Sequence record: NC_019538.1
DNA: 64,000 nucleotides
Reading direction: 5' to 3' (one strand)
The position numbers and the translations under genes were made by a program. The stretch's first letter is position 1, and each line of letters starts with the position of its first letter. Below the pieces are notes generated by a model. That model made no database searches. It saw only the letters and a list, made by a program, of their open reading frames with translations, and was not told the origin of the DNA. Of this stretch, positions 18,454 to 26,176 are shown piece after piece.

Positions 18454-18960
18454 TTGAGACACGAAAGAGGAATTACAATGCTGAATGATCCTTATGAGTT
18501 GTTTTTTGATATGGATGGGGTGATGGCGGACTGGTGTCGTGCATTCGATGCTCGTTTTGGTGCGGGTGCGGCGGAACAGTTTGATAGCCTGAACAAAGAA
18601 GAGAAGAACCTTATCAAAGAAGAACTGGCAAATGGTAATTTCTATCGTCATCTTCCGGTGATGGAAAAGGGGGTTTCTCTGGTTATTGAGATGGTTCGTC
18701 AGGGTCGCAAGGTAAGTATTTTGACTAGCGTCGGTCGTCAAAACCCAGAAAACGTAGTTCGCCAGAAGAAAGGTTGGATCTCTTATGTATATCCCGCTGA
18801 TGTTGCTGCGGTTCTGTTAGAAAACTTCCATTATACCCTGTGTAGCGAAGACAAAGCCGCGTTTGCTCGTCCGAACGTTTGTCTGGTTGATGACCGTGCT
18901 AAGAGTCGCATCCCGTTCATCGCTGCTGGTGGTGTTGCTGTTGATATCGCTGACCTTTAA
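18454..18960 (+). CDS. HAD-family 5'(3')-deoxyribonucleotidase-like phosphatase
   Basis: FFDMDGVMADW motif I, FYRHLP, ILTS motif II, K..WI, LVDDR motif IV. Confidence 0.75.
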   Translation: MRHERGITMLNDPYELFFDMDGVMADWCRAFDARFGAGAAEQFDSLNKEEKNLIKEELANGNFYRHLPVMEKGVSLVIEMVRQGRKVSILTSVGRQNPENVVRQKKGWISYVYPADVAAVLLENFHYTLCSEDKAAFARPNVCLVDDRAKSRIPFIAAGGVAVDIADL

Positions 18961-18972
18961 GAGGAATTGATT

Positions 18973-19287
18973 ATGTTGGTAGAAAGTTTGTCTGTTGGTG
19001 TTGTTTGTCTTGGTCTGGCATATGGTCTTGACAAGTTTTTGGGAACTGGTATCTTTTCTTGGAAAGAGAAAACCCCATCAAAATTGATGCGATCTAACTC
19101 AGATCAAGATTCAGTAATGAGGAACCAACACAACCAAAAAGGTATGATCGCCAAAAATGTGTTTGGTAAATTTTATGGTGGAAAGCATAAAGCTAGGGTA
19201 AACTATGTCGAGAAAGAACTTTGTGTTCCACACCCGGTAATTGTTAACTTTATGAACAACCTTTATAAAGAAAGGAAACAAAAATGA
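18973..19287 (+). CDS. hypothetical protein with an N-terminal hydrophobic segment
   Basis: ATG 18973 after GAGGA; LSVGVVCLGLAYGL. Confidence 0.65.
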   Translation: MLVESLSVGVVCLGLAYGLDKFLGTGIFSWKEKTPSKLMRSNSDQDSVMRNQHNQKGMIAKNVFGKFYGGKHKARVNYVEKELCVPHPVIVNFMNNLYKERKQK

Positions 19288-19607
19288 GTAATGAAGAATT
19301 GCAAGTAGAATATCCAAACATTTATTTTTCGAAGTACAGTACAGGGTCTTATTGGCGAAAAGGGGCTGGTGGAAGGGATGCAGAAGCACTACCACGAAAC
19401 AAACCACTTGAGTTTCTTAACGAACAGTGCGGTTTGGTAAATGTAGGTGTTCGATATTTTGTATGTACTTGTTGTGGTACTGCACAAGACGAAGACCAAC
19501 TGGTGGGTAATGTGTTTGCGGGGAAATATTGCAAAACCTGCTATGACAAAGAGCCACAAATTCGCAAATCTATTGCCGAAAGCAAAAAACCCGGTTTTTA
19601 TGACTAA
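19284..19607 (+). CDS. CxxC zinc-ribbon hypothetical protein
   Basis: CTCC...CKTC; start overlaps the upstream stop. Confidence 0.65.
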   Translation: MSNEELQVEYPNIYFSKYSTGSYWRKGAGGRDAEALPRNKPLEFLNEQCGLVNVGVRYFVCTCCGTAQDEDQLVGNVFAGKYCKTCYDKEPQIRKSIAESKKPGFYD

Positions 19608-19622
19608 ATAAAAGGAAATAAT

Positions 19623-20624
19623 ATGATTTTTGTAAAATATAACTCTCTTGAGAACCACTATCGTCAAAACGTCATCGACTCTTTTACAACTTCCGGATAT
19701 ACTGCAAAGGGTGTTGAATGGGTTGCAATGGAAAAGATTCATGGTACGAATTTTCAACTTGCTGTAAATGATGAACATGTACAGGCGGGTCGTCGAACTG
19801 ATCTTATTGGTGATTTTGACCAGTTTTATGAAGCAGACCTGATTGTAAAGAAATATCATGACAATGCACGAAAAGTATACGACTTTGTTAAACAAAAACA
19901 CCCAGAAGTTGATCAAGTAACAATCTTCGGGGAATATGCCGGTAATCTTACTACTGGTAAAATGATTCAAAAGGAAGTAGAATATGGAGATCAAGACTTT
20001 TATGTGTTTGATATCTTCATTTTCTCTGGTGAAACTGGAATGTACCTCTCCCACGATTTCGTGATGGAGTCCATCAGAGGAATCTTCAAACATGCCCCGG
20101 TTATCTACCGTGGGGATTTCGATGGTGTGACAAAACTCCCGAACGACTTCCAATCCGTTGTTATCCCAAACAACAAAGAAGGAAAATTCGGTCTGGTGGT
20201 AGGAACTGATAACATTGCGGAGGGGTTTGTTGCGAAGACAGTAGACCCACATTATACCCGTCAAGGTCGGACTATTTTCAAATCTAAAAACTCCAAGTTT
20301 ACCGAGAAAGGGAAATCTGACAAACCGGTAAAGGTAAAAGAGCCTCTGGGTGAATCTGATCTTGCTATGGTCCATGAGATCGCAGAATATATCAACGTAA
20401 ATCGTCTTAAAAACGTCCTAAGTAAGATCGGGATCCCTACCACTAAAGAGTTTGGTAAGGTTTCTGGTAACCTCTCGAAAGACGCAATCGAAGATTTCAC
20501 GAAGGATACCAACAAAAACCTACGAGATGCAGAACGACCTTCTGATGTGGGTAAAGCAGTGAACAACCTAGCAGGGGAACTTGTTCGGGAACACTGGATG
20601 AATATCCTTGATGGAAATTTCTAA
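19623..20624 (+). CDS. rnlB: RNA ligase 2
   Basis: KYNSLENHY, motif I EKIHGTNF, FGEYAG, FYVFDI, AEGFV, FKSKNSKFTEK. Confidence 0.95.
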   Translation: MIFVKYNSLENHYRQNVIDSFTTSGYTAKGVEWVAMEKIHGTNFQLAVNDEHVQAGRRTDLIGDFDQFYEADLIVKKYHDNARKVYDFVKQKHPEVDQVTIFGEYAGNLTTGKMIQKEVEYGDQDFYVFDIFIFSGETGMYLSHDFVMESIRGIFKHAPVIYRGDFDGVTKLPNDFQSVVIPNNKEGKFGLVVGTDNIAEGFVAKTVDPHYTRQGRTIFKSKNSKFTEKGKSDKPVKVKEPLGESDLAMVHEIAEYINVNRLKNVLSKIGIPTTKEFGKVSGNLSKDAIEDFTKDTNKNLRDAERPSDVGKAVNNLAGELVREHWMNILDGNF

Positions 20625-20634
20625 AAATAAATGA

Positions 20635-20672
20635 AAAAAGGCTTGCCAACGGGTAAGCCTTTTTGATATCTT
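20635..20672 (+). promoter_or_regulatory. terminator hairpin overlapping an early promoter
   Basis: AAAAGGCTTGCC-AACG-GGTAAGCCTTTT hairpin contains TTGCCA; TGA-TATCTT 18 nt downstream. Confidence 0.6.
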
Positions 20673-20707
20673 ATACATATCGAAACAAGAGACAGAAAGG
20701 ACGAATC

Positions 20708-21343
20708 ATGAACAACGAAAAATTCAATGAAATTATGGAAAACGTAGTTGGTATGGTAGAAGCCGGTTTTGTTTCTAAGGCCGGTCAGAAACGCGCCCTG
20801 AACGAATGCACAAAAATGATGGATCTGGTGCGAGCCGAATTTTCTTCCTTCTATCTGGACTCCATTAGTATCGAACAGCGTAATATGGATCTTCCGGAAC
20901 ACGAAGCGGCGGTAGACCTTTATTATGCACATCCAAACACCGCAACTTTTGCCAAATATCTGGTAAAAGCAGAAAAAGCAATGCCTTGGATGGATAAAGC
21001 TCTGTGTGAAGAATTGGTTTCTATGGGTGAACAGGTTGTTGCTATGATTGCAACAGTTAAAAACGCCCCCATCAACCAACCAGAACCGAAAGTTAGCGAG
21101 AAAGAAGCAGTCATCAAGAAAAACATCATGGAAATCATGGAACTTCGGGGTGAACAGTTCAACCGGTGTCTTCGTTTGGATGAGATGTTTGGTCGGATGA
21201 TGGTAACCGCTAACGTTCACCTTGTTCGTGGACACAAAGGTACTGTGTTTGTTCGCGCCTTCTACTACGTTTGTGGTCACCTGACCCCTCTGAACGTAAT
21301 CATTGCTGCAATGGAAGAAGCAGCAAAAAAAGAAACCAAATAA
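20708..21343 (+). CDS. hypothetical protein (phage-type, biased codon usage)
   Basis: ATG 20708 after AAGGA; C-terminal VTANVHLV.GHKGTVFVRAFYY..G.LTPLNVIIAA. Confidence 0.75.
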   Translation: MNNEKFNEIMENVVGMVEAGFVSKAGQKRALNECTKMMDLVRAEFSSFYLDSISIEQRNMDLPEHEAAVDLYYAHPNTATFAKYLVKAEKAMPWMDKALCEELVSMGEQVVAMIATVKNAPINQPEPKVSEKEAVIKKNIMEIMELRGEQFNRCLRLDEMFGRMMVTANVHLVRGHKGTVFVRAFYYVCGHLTPLNVIIAAMEEAAKKETK

Positions 21344-21364
21344 CTTTAAATTGAGGAATGAAAA

Positions 21365-22084
21365 ATGAAAAAGCGGTTTGTTAGTTTTGCTATCTTAGGT
21401 GCGATGTGCGCTATTAGTGCGGTACAGGTTAATGCCGCATCTTTTGATTGTGAGAAAGCATCAAGCAAAATAGAACGAACTATTTGTACAGACGAACGTT
21501 TGAGTGAATCAGACGAGAAACTAAATTCTGTTTATAAAGAAGTTCGAAAAATTAACCCGGCGATTATTGAAGGTCAGCGGGATTGGGTCAAACGTCGTAA
21601 TAAAGCATCTTCAATCGAAGAACTCGACCAACTTCATGAAACACGGATCCAAGAACTTGAATCCATGCTTAAACCAATCATCGAACAAGATGATGAAAGT
21701 GTATTCACTCGTTCCGAACAACCAAAAATCAAGAAAGTGTCTGTTGTTGAAAATAAAAACGTAGTGAAAGACATTAAATATTATATCGATGAAGTACAGC
21801 GCACTGGTGGAATGACTAATAAGGATGGATTCTTTTCCGCAAAAGAAGTGGGTAAGGGTTATCCTAGTTGGTTAAAAGGTTGTGGGATGGTTGTGGGTGA
21901 AGCACACGGTACAAAATATTTCATTAGTGACGCCAAGAAATATGGTCAATTTGATATCTATATCCAGAATGAATTGAGCTTTAAAACTGTCGCGGCTAAT
22001 ATCATGATTAAAAATATGGTAGATTCCGTAAAAGGCGATCTAGGTCTTGTTAAAATTATGTGTGATTCCGGAGAATTATATTAA
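21365..22084 (+). CDS. secreted LprI/DUF1311-like (lysozyme-inhibitor family) protein
   Basis: Sec signal MKKRFVSFAILGAMCAISAVQVNA|, then ASFDCEKASSKIERTICTD.RLS..D..LN.VY...QRDWVKRRN, the typical LprI/DUF1311 pattern; extra C-terminal domain. Confidence 0.7.
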   Translation: MKKRFVSFAILGAMCAISAVQVNAASFDCEKASSKIERTICTDERLSESDEKLNSVYKEVRKINPAIIEGQRDWVKRRNKASSIEELDQLHETRIQELESMLKPIIEQDDESVFTRSEQPKIKKVSVVENKNVVKDIKYYIDEVQRTGGMTNKDGFFSAKEVGKGYPSWLKGCGMVVGEAHGTKYFISDAKKYGQFDIYIQNELSFKTVAANIMIKNMVDSVKGDLGLVKIMCDSGELY

Positions 22085-22350
22085 TGAACCTCAAAGCTCG
22101 TGAATTGATGATAGAGCTATTCAATAACGGGATCGAGTGTAGGTTGGTATCTTCATCCACAAGCTCTTATATCGACGTACAGGGGCATATGGTGAGGGTT
22201 TCAGATCACGGAGGTCATTCTAAGTTCAAAGGAACTCAGATCCGAAAAGACCATGGCTATAAAAAGACCAAATATGGTATGATCTTTGGGTATAACGAGA
22301 TTGGAATGGCAGTAAAATATCTCAAATCCCTAAATACATTAACAAACTAA
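22084..22350 (+). CDS. small basic hypothetical protein
   Basis: 88 aa; S.Y.....VRVSDH motif. Confidence 0.65.
   Translation: MNLKARELMIELFNNGIECRLVSSSTSSYIDVQGHMVRVSDHGGHSKFKGTQIRKDHGYKKTKYGMIFGYNEIGMAVKYLKSLNTLTN
22328..22336 (+). promoter_or_regulatory. late promoter for inh
   Basis: CCCTAAATA 26 nt before the ATG. Confidence 0.75.
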
Positions 22351-22362
22351 GAGGAATGCGAA

Positions 22363-23235
22363 ATGGCATTGAATTATGTAGAAGAACCAGTAGAAAAAGA
22401 AACTAAACCAAAAAAGTCTACTGCGAAAAAACAAAAAGAACTTGACCTTGGGGTAATCAACGAAATTGTTGATGCTAATACCGCACCAGAAGCAAAGGCT
22501 AAAATTCAAGCATATGCTAAAGAGTGTGGATTTAAAATTAGCAAGTCTAATACTTCTGTTGACGATATGATCGTCAAACTCCTTGAAATGGCGGACGCCA
22601 AAGAGAATGAAAAACTGGATCTTGCACCAGAACCAAAAGAAAAAACCCCTTTTATTGAACCTGTTGTAGTCGATGATGAATTCGACGTTGTAGATGAGGT
22701 TATTGAACTTGGTGTGGTTGAATCAATCAAAATTGATGATGGGGTAGTTAATATAAATACTCCAAACGATGTGAAAATTGAATTCACTCCACCAAAACCA
22801 CTAGAATATGTTGATGCTTCTGGGTTTAAAACTCTAGACGAATTAATTGAAGATGAAAAGACGTTTGTTAAAGAAAAAATGAAATCTGAAATTGAGGAAC
22901 CAAAGGATGATTGGTCTCCAATTGCAGGACCAGAGCGCGGTTTAATCCCATCGTTAAAGAATAATCAAAACCAATATACCAGAGAACCAGATTTGACCTA
23001 TGGTTTCAAACCAAAAGTAAATCTAATTGGTGCAGTTGGAAACCAATACCTTAATTGCCCATATTGGATTCTTGATTGGATTCTTGAGAAGGGGCCGACT
23101 TGGAAGAGTATTATTGATACTCATGAACGTGAACCGGATAAAGCACTTCTGAAAACAGTTCTTTATTACATCCAGATTAATGGCAGCGTGACATTGCGAG
23201 AAAGTCGAAATTCTCGTTTCCATACCATTTACTAA
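22363..23235 (+). CDS. inh: inhibitor of prohead protease
   Basis: EAKAKIQAYAKECG.KI.K..., acidic middle, NLIG....CPYWI..WI...PTWK, YYIQINGSVTLRESRNSRF. Confidence 0.9.
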   Translation: MALNYVEEPVEKETKPKKSTAKKQKELDLGVINEIVDANTAPEAKAKIQAYAKECGFKISKSNTSVDDMIVKLLEMADAKENEKLDLAPEPKEKTPFIEPVVVDDEFDVVDEVIELGVVESIKIDDGVVNINTPNDVKIEFTPPKPLEYVDASGFKTLDELIEDEKTFVKEKMKSEIEEPKDDWSPIAGPERGLIPSLKNNQNQYTREPDLTYGFKPKVNLIGAVGNQYLNCPYWILDWILEKGPTWKSIIDTHEREPDKALLKTVLYYIQINGSVTLRESRNSRFHTIY

Positions 23236-23240
23236 TATCT

Positions 23241-23265
23241 AGCCATCCTACGGGGTGGCTTTTTT
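23241..23265 (+). terminator. terminator after inh, identical over 24 bp to the one after gene 34
   Basis: AGCCATCC-TACG-GGGTGGCT-TTTTT. Confidence 0.85.
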
Positions 23266-23316
23266 GTATCCCTAAATACTAATTGACCATTTTGGTCAAT
23301 ATAATAAGGGTGTTTA

Positions 23317-23538
23317 ATGGAATACAATTTCATCGAAGTTAATGAAAATATTTTTGTTCTTACTGGATATTTCGGATCTTATAATTTGATTGAGAGATGG
23401 AAAAGACTTGAAGAAGATGACCATTTAATGATCGTGAAGATAAAGGAATATTTGGAGAGGGGAAATATTGTGGTTGTACATGATGTACAAGAAGATTTAT
23501 TCGTTAAGCTAGATGGAGATAAATTTTACGTTTTTTGA
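23317..23538 (+). CDS. small hypothetical protein (late promoter upstream)
   Basis: 73 aa; AAGGGTG SD; CCCTAAATA at 23270-78. Confidence 0.6.
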   Translation: MEYNFIEVNENIFVLTGYFGSYNLIERWKRLEEDDHLMIVKIKEYLERGNIVVVHDVQEDLFVKLDGDKFYVF

Positions 23539-23584
23539 TTTCGTATTGTATCAGACACTACGAATGTTTTTAACTTTTATACTT

Positions 23585-23609
23585 AGGTGATCTCTCGATC
23601 ACCTTTTTT
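23585..23609 (+). terminator. rho-independent terminator
   Basis: AGGTGATC-tctc-GATCACCT-TTTTT. Confidence 0.7.
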
Positions 23610-23642
23610 GTATCTTTTATATACAAAAATAATTAGTTTCAC

Positions 23643-23671
23643 TTGCAATCAAAGTATAAAATCTCTATAAG
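23643..23671 (+). promoter_or_regulatory. sigma70-type promoter
   Basis: TTGCAA-17 nt-TATAAG. Confidence 0.65.
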
Positions 23672-23683
23672 TATTTATATAGA

Positions 23684-23753
23684 AGATCTATAATTAGAAA
23701 GTGTGAGCGAAGCGAACAGGCGGCTACGCCGTCTCACTACGTTCGAGATCTAT
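23684..23753. other. GC-rich structured non-coding element in AT-rich flanks (candidate origin or ssDNA signal)
   Basis: AGATCTAT direct repeats at 23684 and 23746 bracket GCGAAGC (+ strand), GCGTAGC and ACGTAGT (- strand) triloop motifs and a GGCG-GCTA-CGCC stem. Confidence 0.5.
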
Positions 23754-23791
23754 TTATTTATAATGCTATTTAGGTGTGTTAAAATACTATC

Positions 23792-24352
23792 ATGAAAAGG
23801 AAAATTGTAACTCTTATAGGAACCAGATATCCTAATGAAGAGTATAAACAGTTGATGATAAGAATTGGAAAAGCTTTTTCGGATCGTGGTTATGGTGCTA
23901 GGTCTGGTGGTGCCATTGGTTCTGATACACTTTTCCTAACCGAATATGACCCAACATTAACCATTGTATATCGTCCTGATGATAGACCCGGTTGTGTTAA
24001 TGTCAAAAACCATGAAAACTATTATGAATTTGAATTGCTTGCTTCCCGTGTTCATGGGTCTGGAGTTGGCTGGGAATTTATGCCAATCGGTCACCAAGAA
24101 TTACACGCTCGGAACGTTCCTCAAGTTATGGGATTAAACCTCAAGTCTTATTCTGACTTAGTTGTATTTTGTGCAGAGGAATCGATACATGGTACTGTAT
24201 CTGGTGGAACTGCTACTGCGGTTAAAATAGCAAGAAGCCTAAATATACCTACCCTAAACATTATGAACCCAGTTCAAAGATCAAAACTTTGTAAATGGTT
24301 GGGTATTGATGATATACCAGTATTAGAAAAGGTTGACATTTTCAATCTCTAA
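23792..24352 (+). CDS. stand-alone SLOG-superfamily (DprA/Smf/YspA-like Rossmann fold) protein
   Basis: LIGTR..., RSGGAIGSD, LHARN..QVMG, SDLVVF, SGGTATAVKIA...IP..N. Confidence 0.75.
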   Translation: MKRKIVTLIGTRYPNEEYKQLMIRIGKAFSDRGYGARSGGAIGSDTLFLTEYDPTLTIVYRPDDRPGCVNVKNHENYYEFELLASRVHGSGVGWEFMPIGHQELHARNVPQVMGLNLKSYSDLVVFCAEESIHGTVSGGTATAVKIARSLNIPTLNIMNPVQRSKLCKWLGIDDIPVLEKVDIFNL

Positions 24353-24390
24353 ATATTGTTGTGGAATAATAACAATAAACGAGGTTGAAA

Positions 24391-24735
24391 ATGAAAAGCT
24401 CACCACGTAAGATCGCCAGAACTGCGCATGATGCGATTCGACGGTTTAATTTAATACTAGGCGACACCGATACATTGTGGAAAGAAGAACCCGAAAAGGT
24501 TAAACGGGTCTGGACTAAACATGTAACATATATAATCGACCACCCTGATTCTGATGCTCGAACTGTTCATGAGCTTTGGAGAAATTATAAAGAGGGAGAA
24601 GGTTGGATATTTGGTGAAGATAAATCTAGAGACGAGAAAACCCATCCATGTTTGACATCTTACGATGAACTACATGAAATAGAAAAGATGAAATATTATA
24701 TTTTCATCGAAACTGTTCTTGAGCAATCAAAATAA
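24391..24735 (+). CDS. stand-alone RyR-domain protein
   Basis: HELW...K..EGW.FGEDK..DEKTHPCL.SYDEL...EK.K..IF; ATG 24391 after GAGG; CTAAATA at 24349-55. Confidence 0.8.
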   Translation: MKSSPRKIARTAHDAIRRFNLILGDTDTLWKEEPEKVKRVWTKHVTYIIDHPDSDARTVHELWRNYKEGEGWIFGEDKSRDEKTHPCLTSYDELHEIEKMKYYIFIETVLEQSK

Positions 24736-24770
24736 AAAAGCCCCGACCTAAAAAGGTTGGGGCTTTCTTT
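24736..24770. terminator. terminator between the convergent RyR gene and gene 24
   Basis: AAGCCCCGACC-taaaaa-GGTTGGGGCTT with A/T tails. Confidence 0.75.
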
Positions 24771-24813
24771 TATCCAGAATAAAGCTTCTACGTCTTTTTA
24801 TCTGGAAAATTAA

Positions 24814-26043
24814 TTATGCGTAATCTTTCATTTCAACCATACACATACGAGCCAATTGAGACTTGTTGGCAGCACCTACCCAATCTTCCCCATCATATAC
24901 CTTAGCAGGGTTGGATTCAATTTTTCTGAAATCCGGGCTAGTAGATAGAGCATATCTTGAGATAATACCAACCACTGGTTGTAGCGCATCTGGATCGGCA
25001 GCAACCATAAAAGTGCCTGCTTCATCTTCTTCAATATATGGACTGTAATAAACAGCACTTACTGTATCAACACCTTCATCAAATTTAGCCTTAACACCAA
25101 CCAGCATATAATGGACTGGGGTTTTTGAATCAACAACCAATTTCATTTTAGTACCGATAATTCGGTGTTGATCGTCAACTAATCCAGACGTTTGAATAAG
25201 TGCGGCCACATGAGCAGAAGCAAGAATATAAGTCGGTTTGAATGTGGTATCCAAAGTAATTTGAGCAGCCATACGACACGCACGAGCAACAAGATCACGA
25301 CCAGCAAAATATTCAGTGGTTGCTACATTGTACGGAGTTGCTTTAACCTCTTTAGATGCAACGGTCACCAGCTTCATGATAATATCGCTGTTAATCTCTT
25401 CTGCAATGGCAACAGACAATAGATCTTCTACTGCTGCATCACCATCCATATTCATACCACCCATATCTTGAAGAAGTTCAAGAGTGATGTTAGATTTTAG
25501 TTTGCGACTACGAACAACGGATTTCCATTTGTTCATTACATATCTGGTTTTTTGGATTTCTTTATCTTCTTGGGTGTTCGGTACAATAGCATCAACAACA
25601 AGACGAAGGTTACCAGTAAAGACATTCTCAAAAAGAGAATTCAAATCGCCGGAATAATCACCATCATTGATAACTTGGAACACATAACCTTCACTGGCAA
25701 AATATGCTTTTGATACCATACCAGCACTACCAGCGGGTAATGCAGAAACGGCTGCCATATCAAATTCACCACCATAATTACGGTTATCAAGGTTAATATC
25801 CCGATGACTTTGATTGTCTTCGCTAATATACTCGTAACGTACACCAAATACGTTTGCTACTGGGTCTGTAGTTGGTTGAACACCAGCAAGCTCATCATAA
25901 ATTTTATTAAATGTTTTGCGAGTTAGTGAAACTAAAGAAGGGCGACCAGTTACGATATCACCACTACTAGATTCAACCAACCGCCCGGACATACCAGACT
26001 CTTTAATTAGGTCTTGTATTTTTTTGGAGACTACTTTAGCCAT
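24814..26043 (-). CDS. 24: capsid vertex protein gp24
   Basis: GRPSLVSLTR, VQPTTDPVANVFGVRY, KW...VRSRKLK, LQPVVGIISRYALS; downstream of gene 23. Confidence 0.9.
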   Translation of the reverse strand: MAKVVSKKIQDLIKESGMSGRLVESSSGDIVTGRPSLVSLTRKTFNKIYDELAGVQPTTDPVANVFGVRYEYISEDNQSHRDINLDNRNYGGEFDMAAVSALPAGSAGMVSKAYFASEGYVFQVINDGDYSGDLNSLFENVFTGNLRLVVDAIVPNTQEDKEIQKTRYVMNKWKSVVRSRKLKSNITLELLQDMGGMNMDGDAAVEDLLSVAIAEEINSDIIMKLVTVASKEVKATPYNVATTEYFAGRDLVARACRMAAQITLDTTFKPTYILASAHVAALIQTSGLVDDQHRIIGTKMKLVVDSKTPVHYMLVGVKAKFDEGVDTVSAVYYSPYIEEDEAGTFMVAADPDALQPVVGIISRYALSTSPDFRKIESNPAKVYDGEDWVGAANKSQLARMCMVEMKDYA

Positions 26044-26066
26044 TTTTAAGATTCCTCTTTTTCTTT

Positions 26067-26120
26067 TATTTAGGGCTCATTCATTGGTTGACTGTATGAA
26101 CTCTATCTAGTATTATTTAG
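26067..26120 (-). promoter_or_regulatory. two tandem late promoters for gene 24
   Basis: TATTTAG on the + strand at 26067-73 and 26114-20. Confidence 0.65.
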
Positions 26121-26138
26121 ACCAGTAAGAAAAACGAA

Positions 26139-26160
26139 AAGGGAACCCGAAGGTTCCCTT
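26139..26160 (-). terminator. gene 23 terminator, cUUCGg loop
   Basis: Minus strand AAGGGAACC-TTCG-GGTTCCCTT-TTCGTTTTT. Confidence 0.9.
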
Positions 26161-26176
26161 ATTTTTGGATTTGCTA

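Noticed and set aside
19604-19623. CTAAATA before rnlB as a functional late promoter
   Set aside because: The predicted +1 would remove most of the SD, and the motif overlaps a stop codon in A-rich sequence, so it is uncertain.
19389-21280. 328-aa and 219-aa antisense ORFs over rnlB and ORF 20708
   Set aside because: Same-register shadows; used only as a codon-bias indicator.
22350-24813. Absence of hoc beside inh/24
   Set aside because: It cannot be called a loss from one window; the gene may lie elsewhere.
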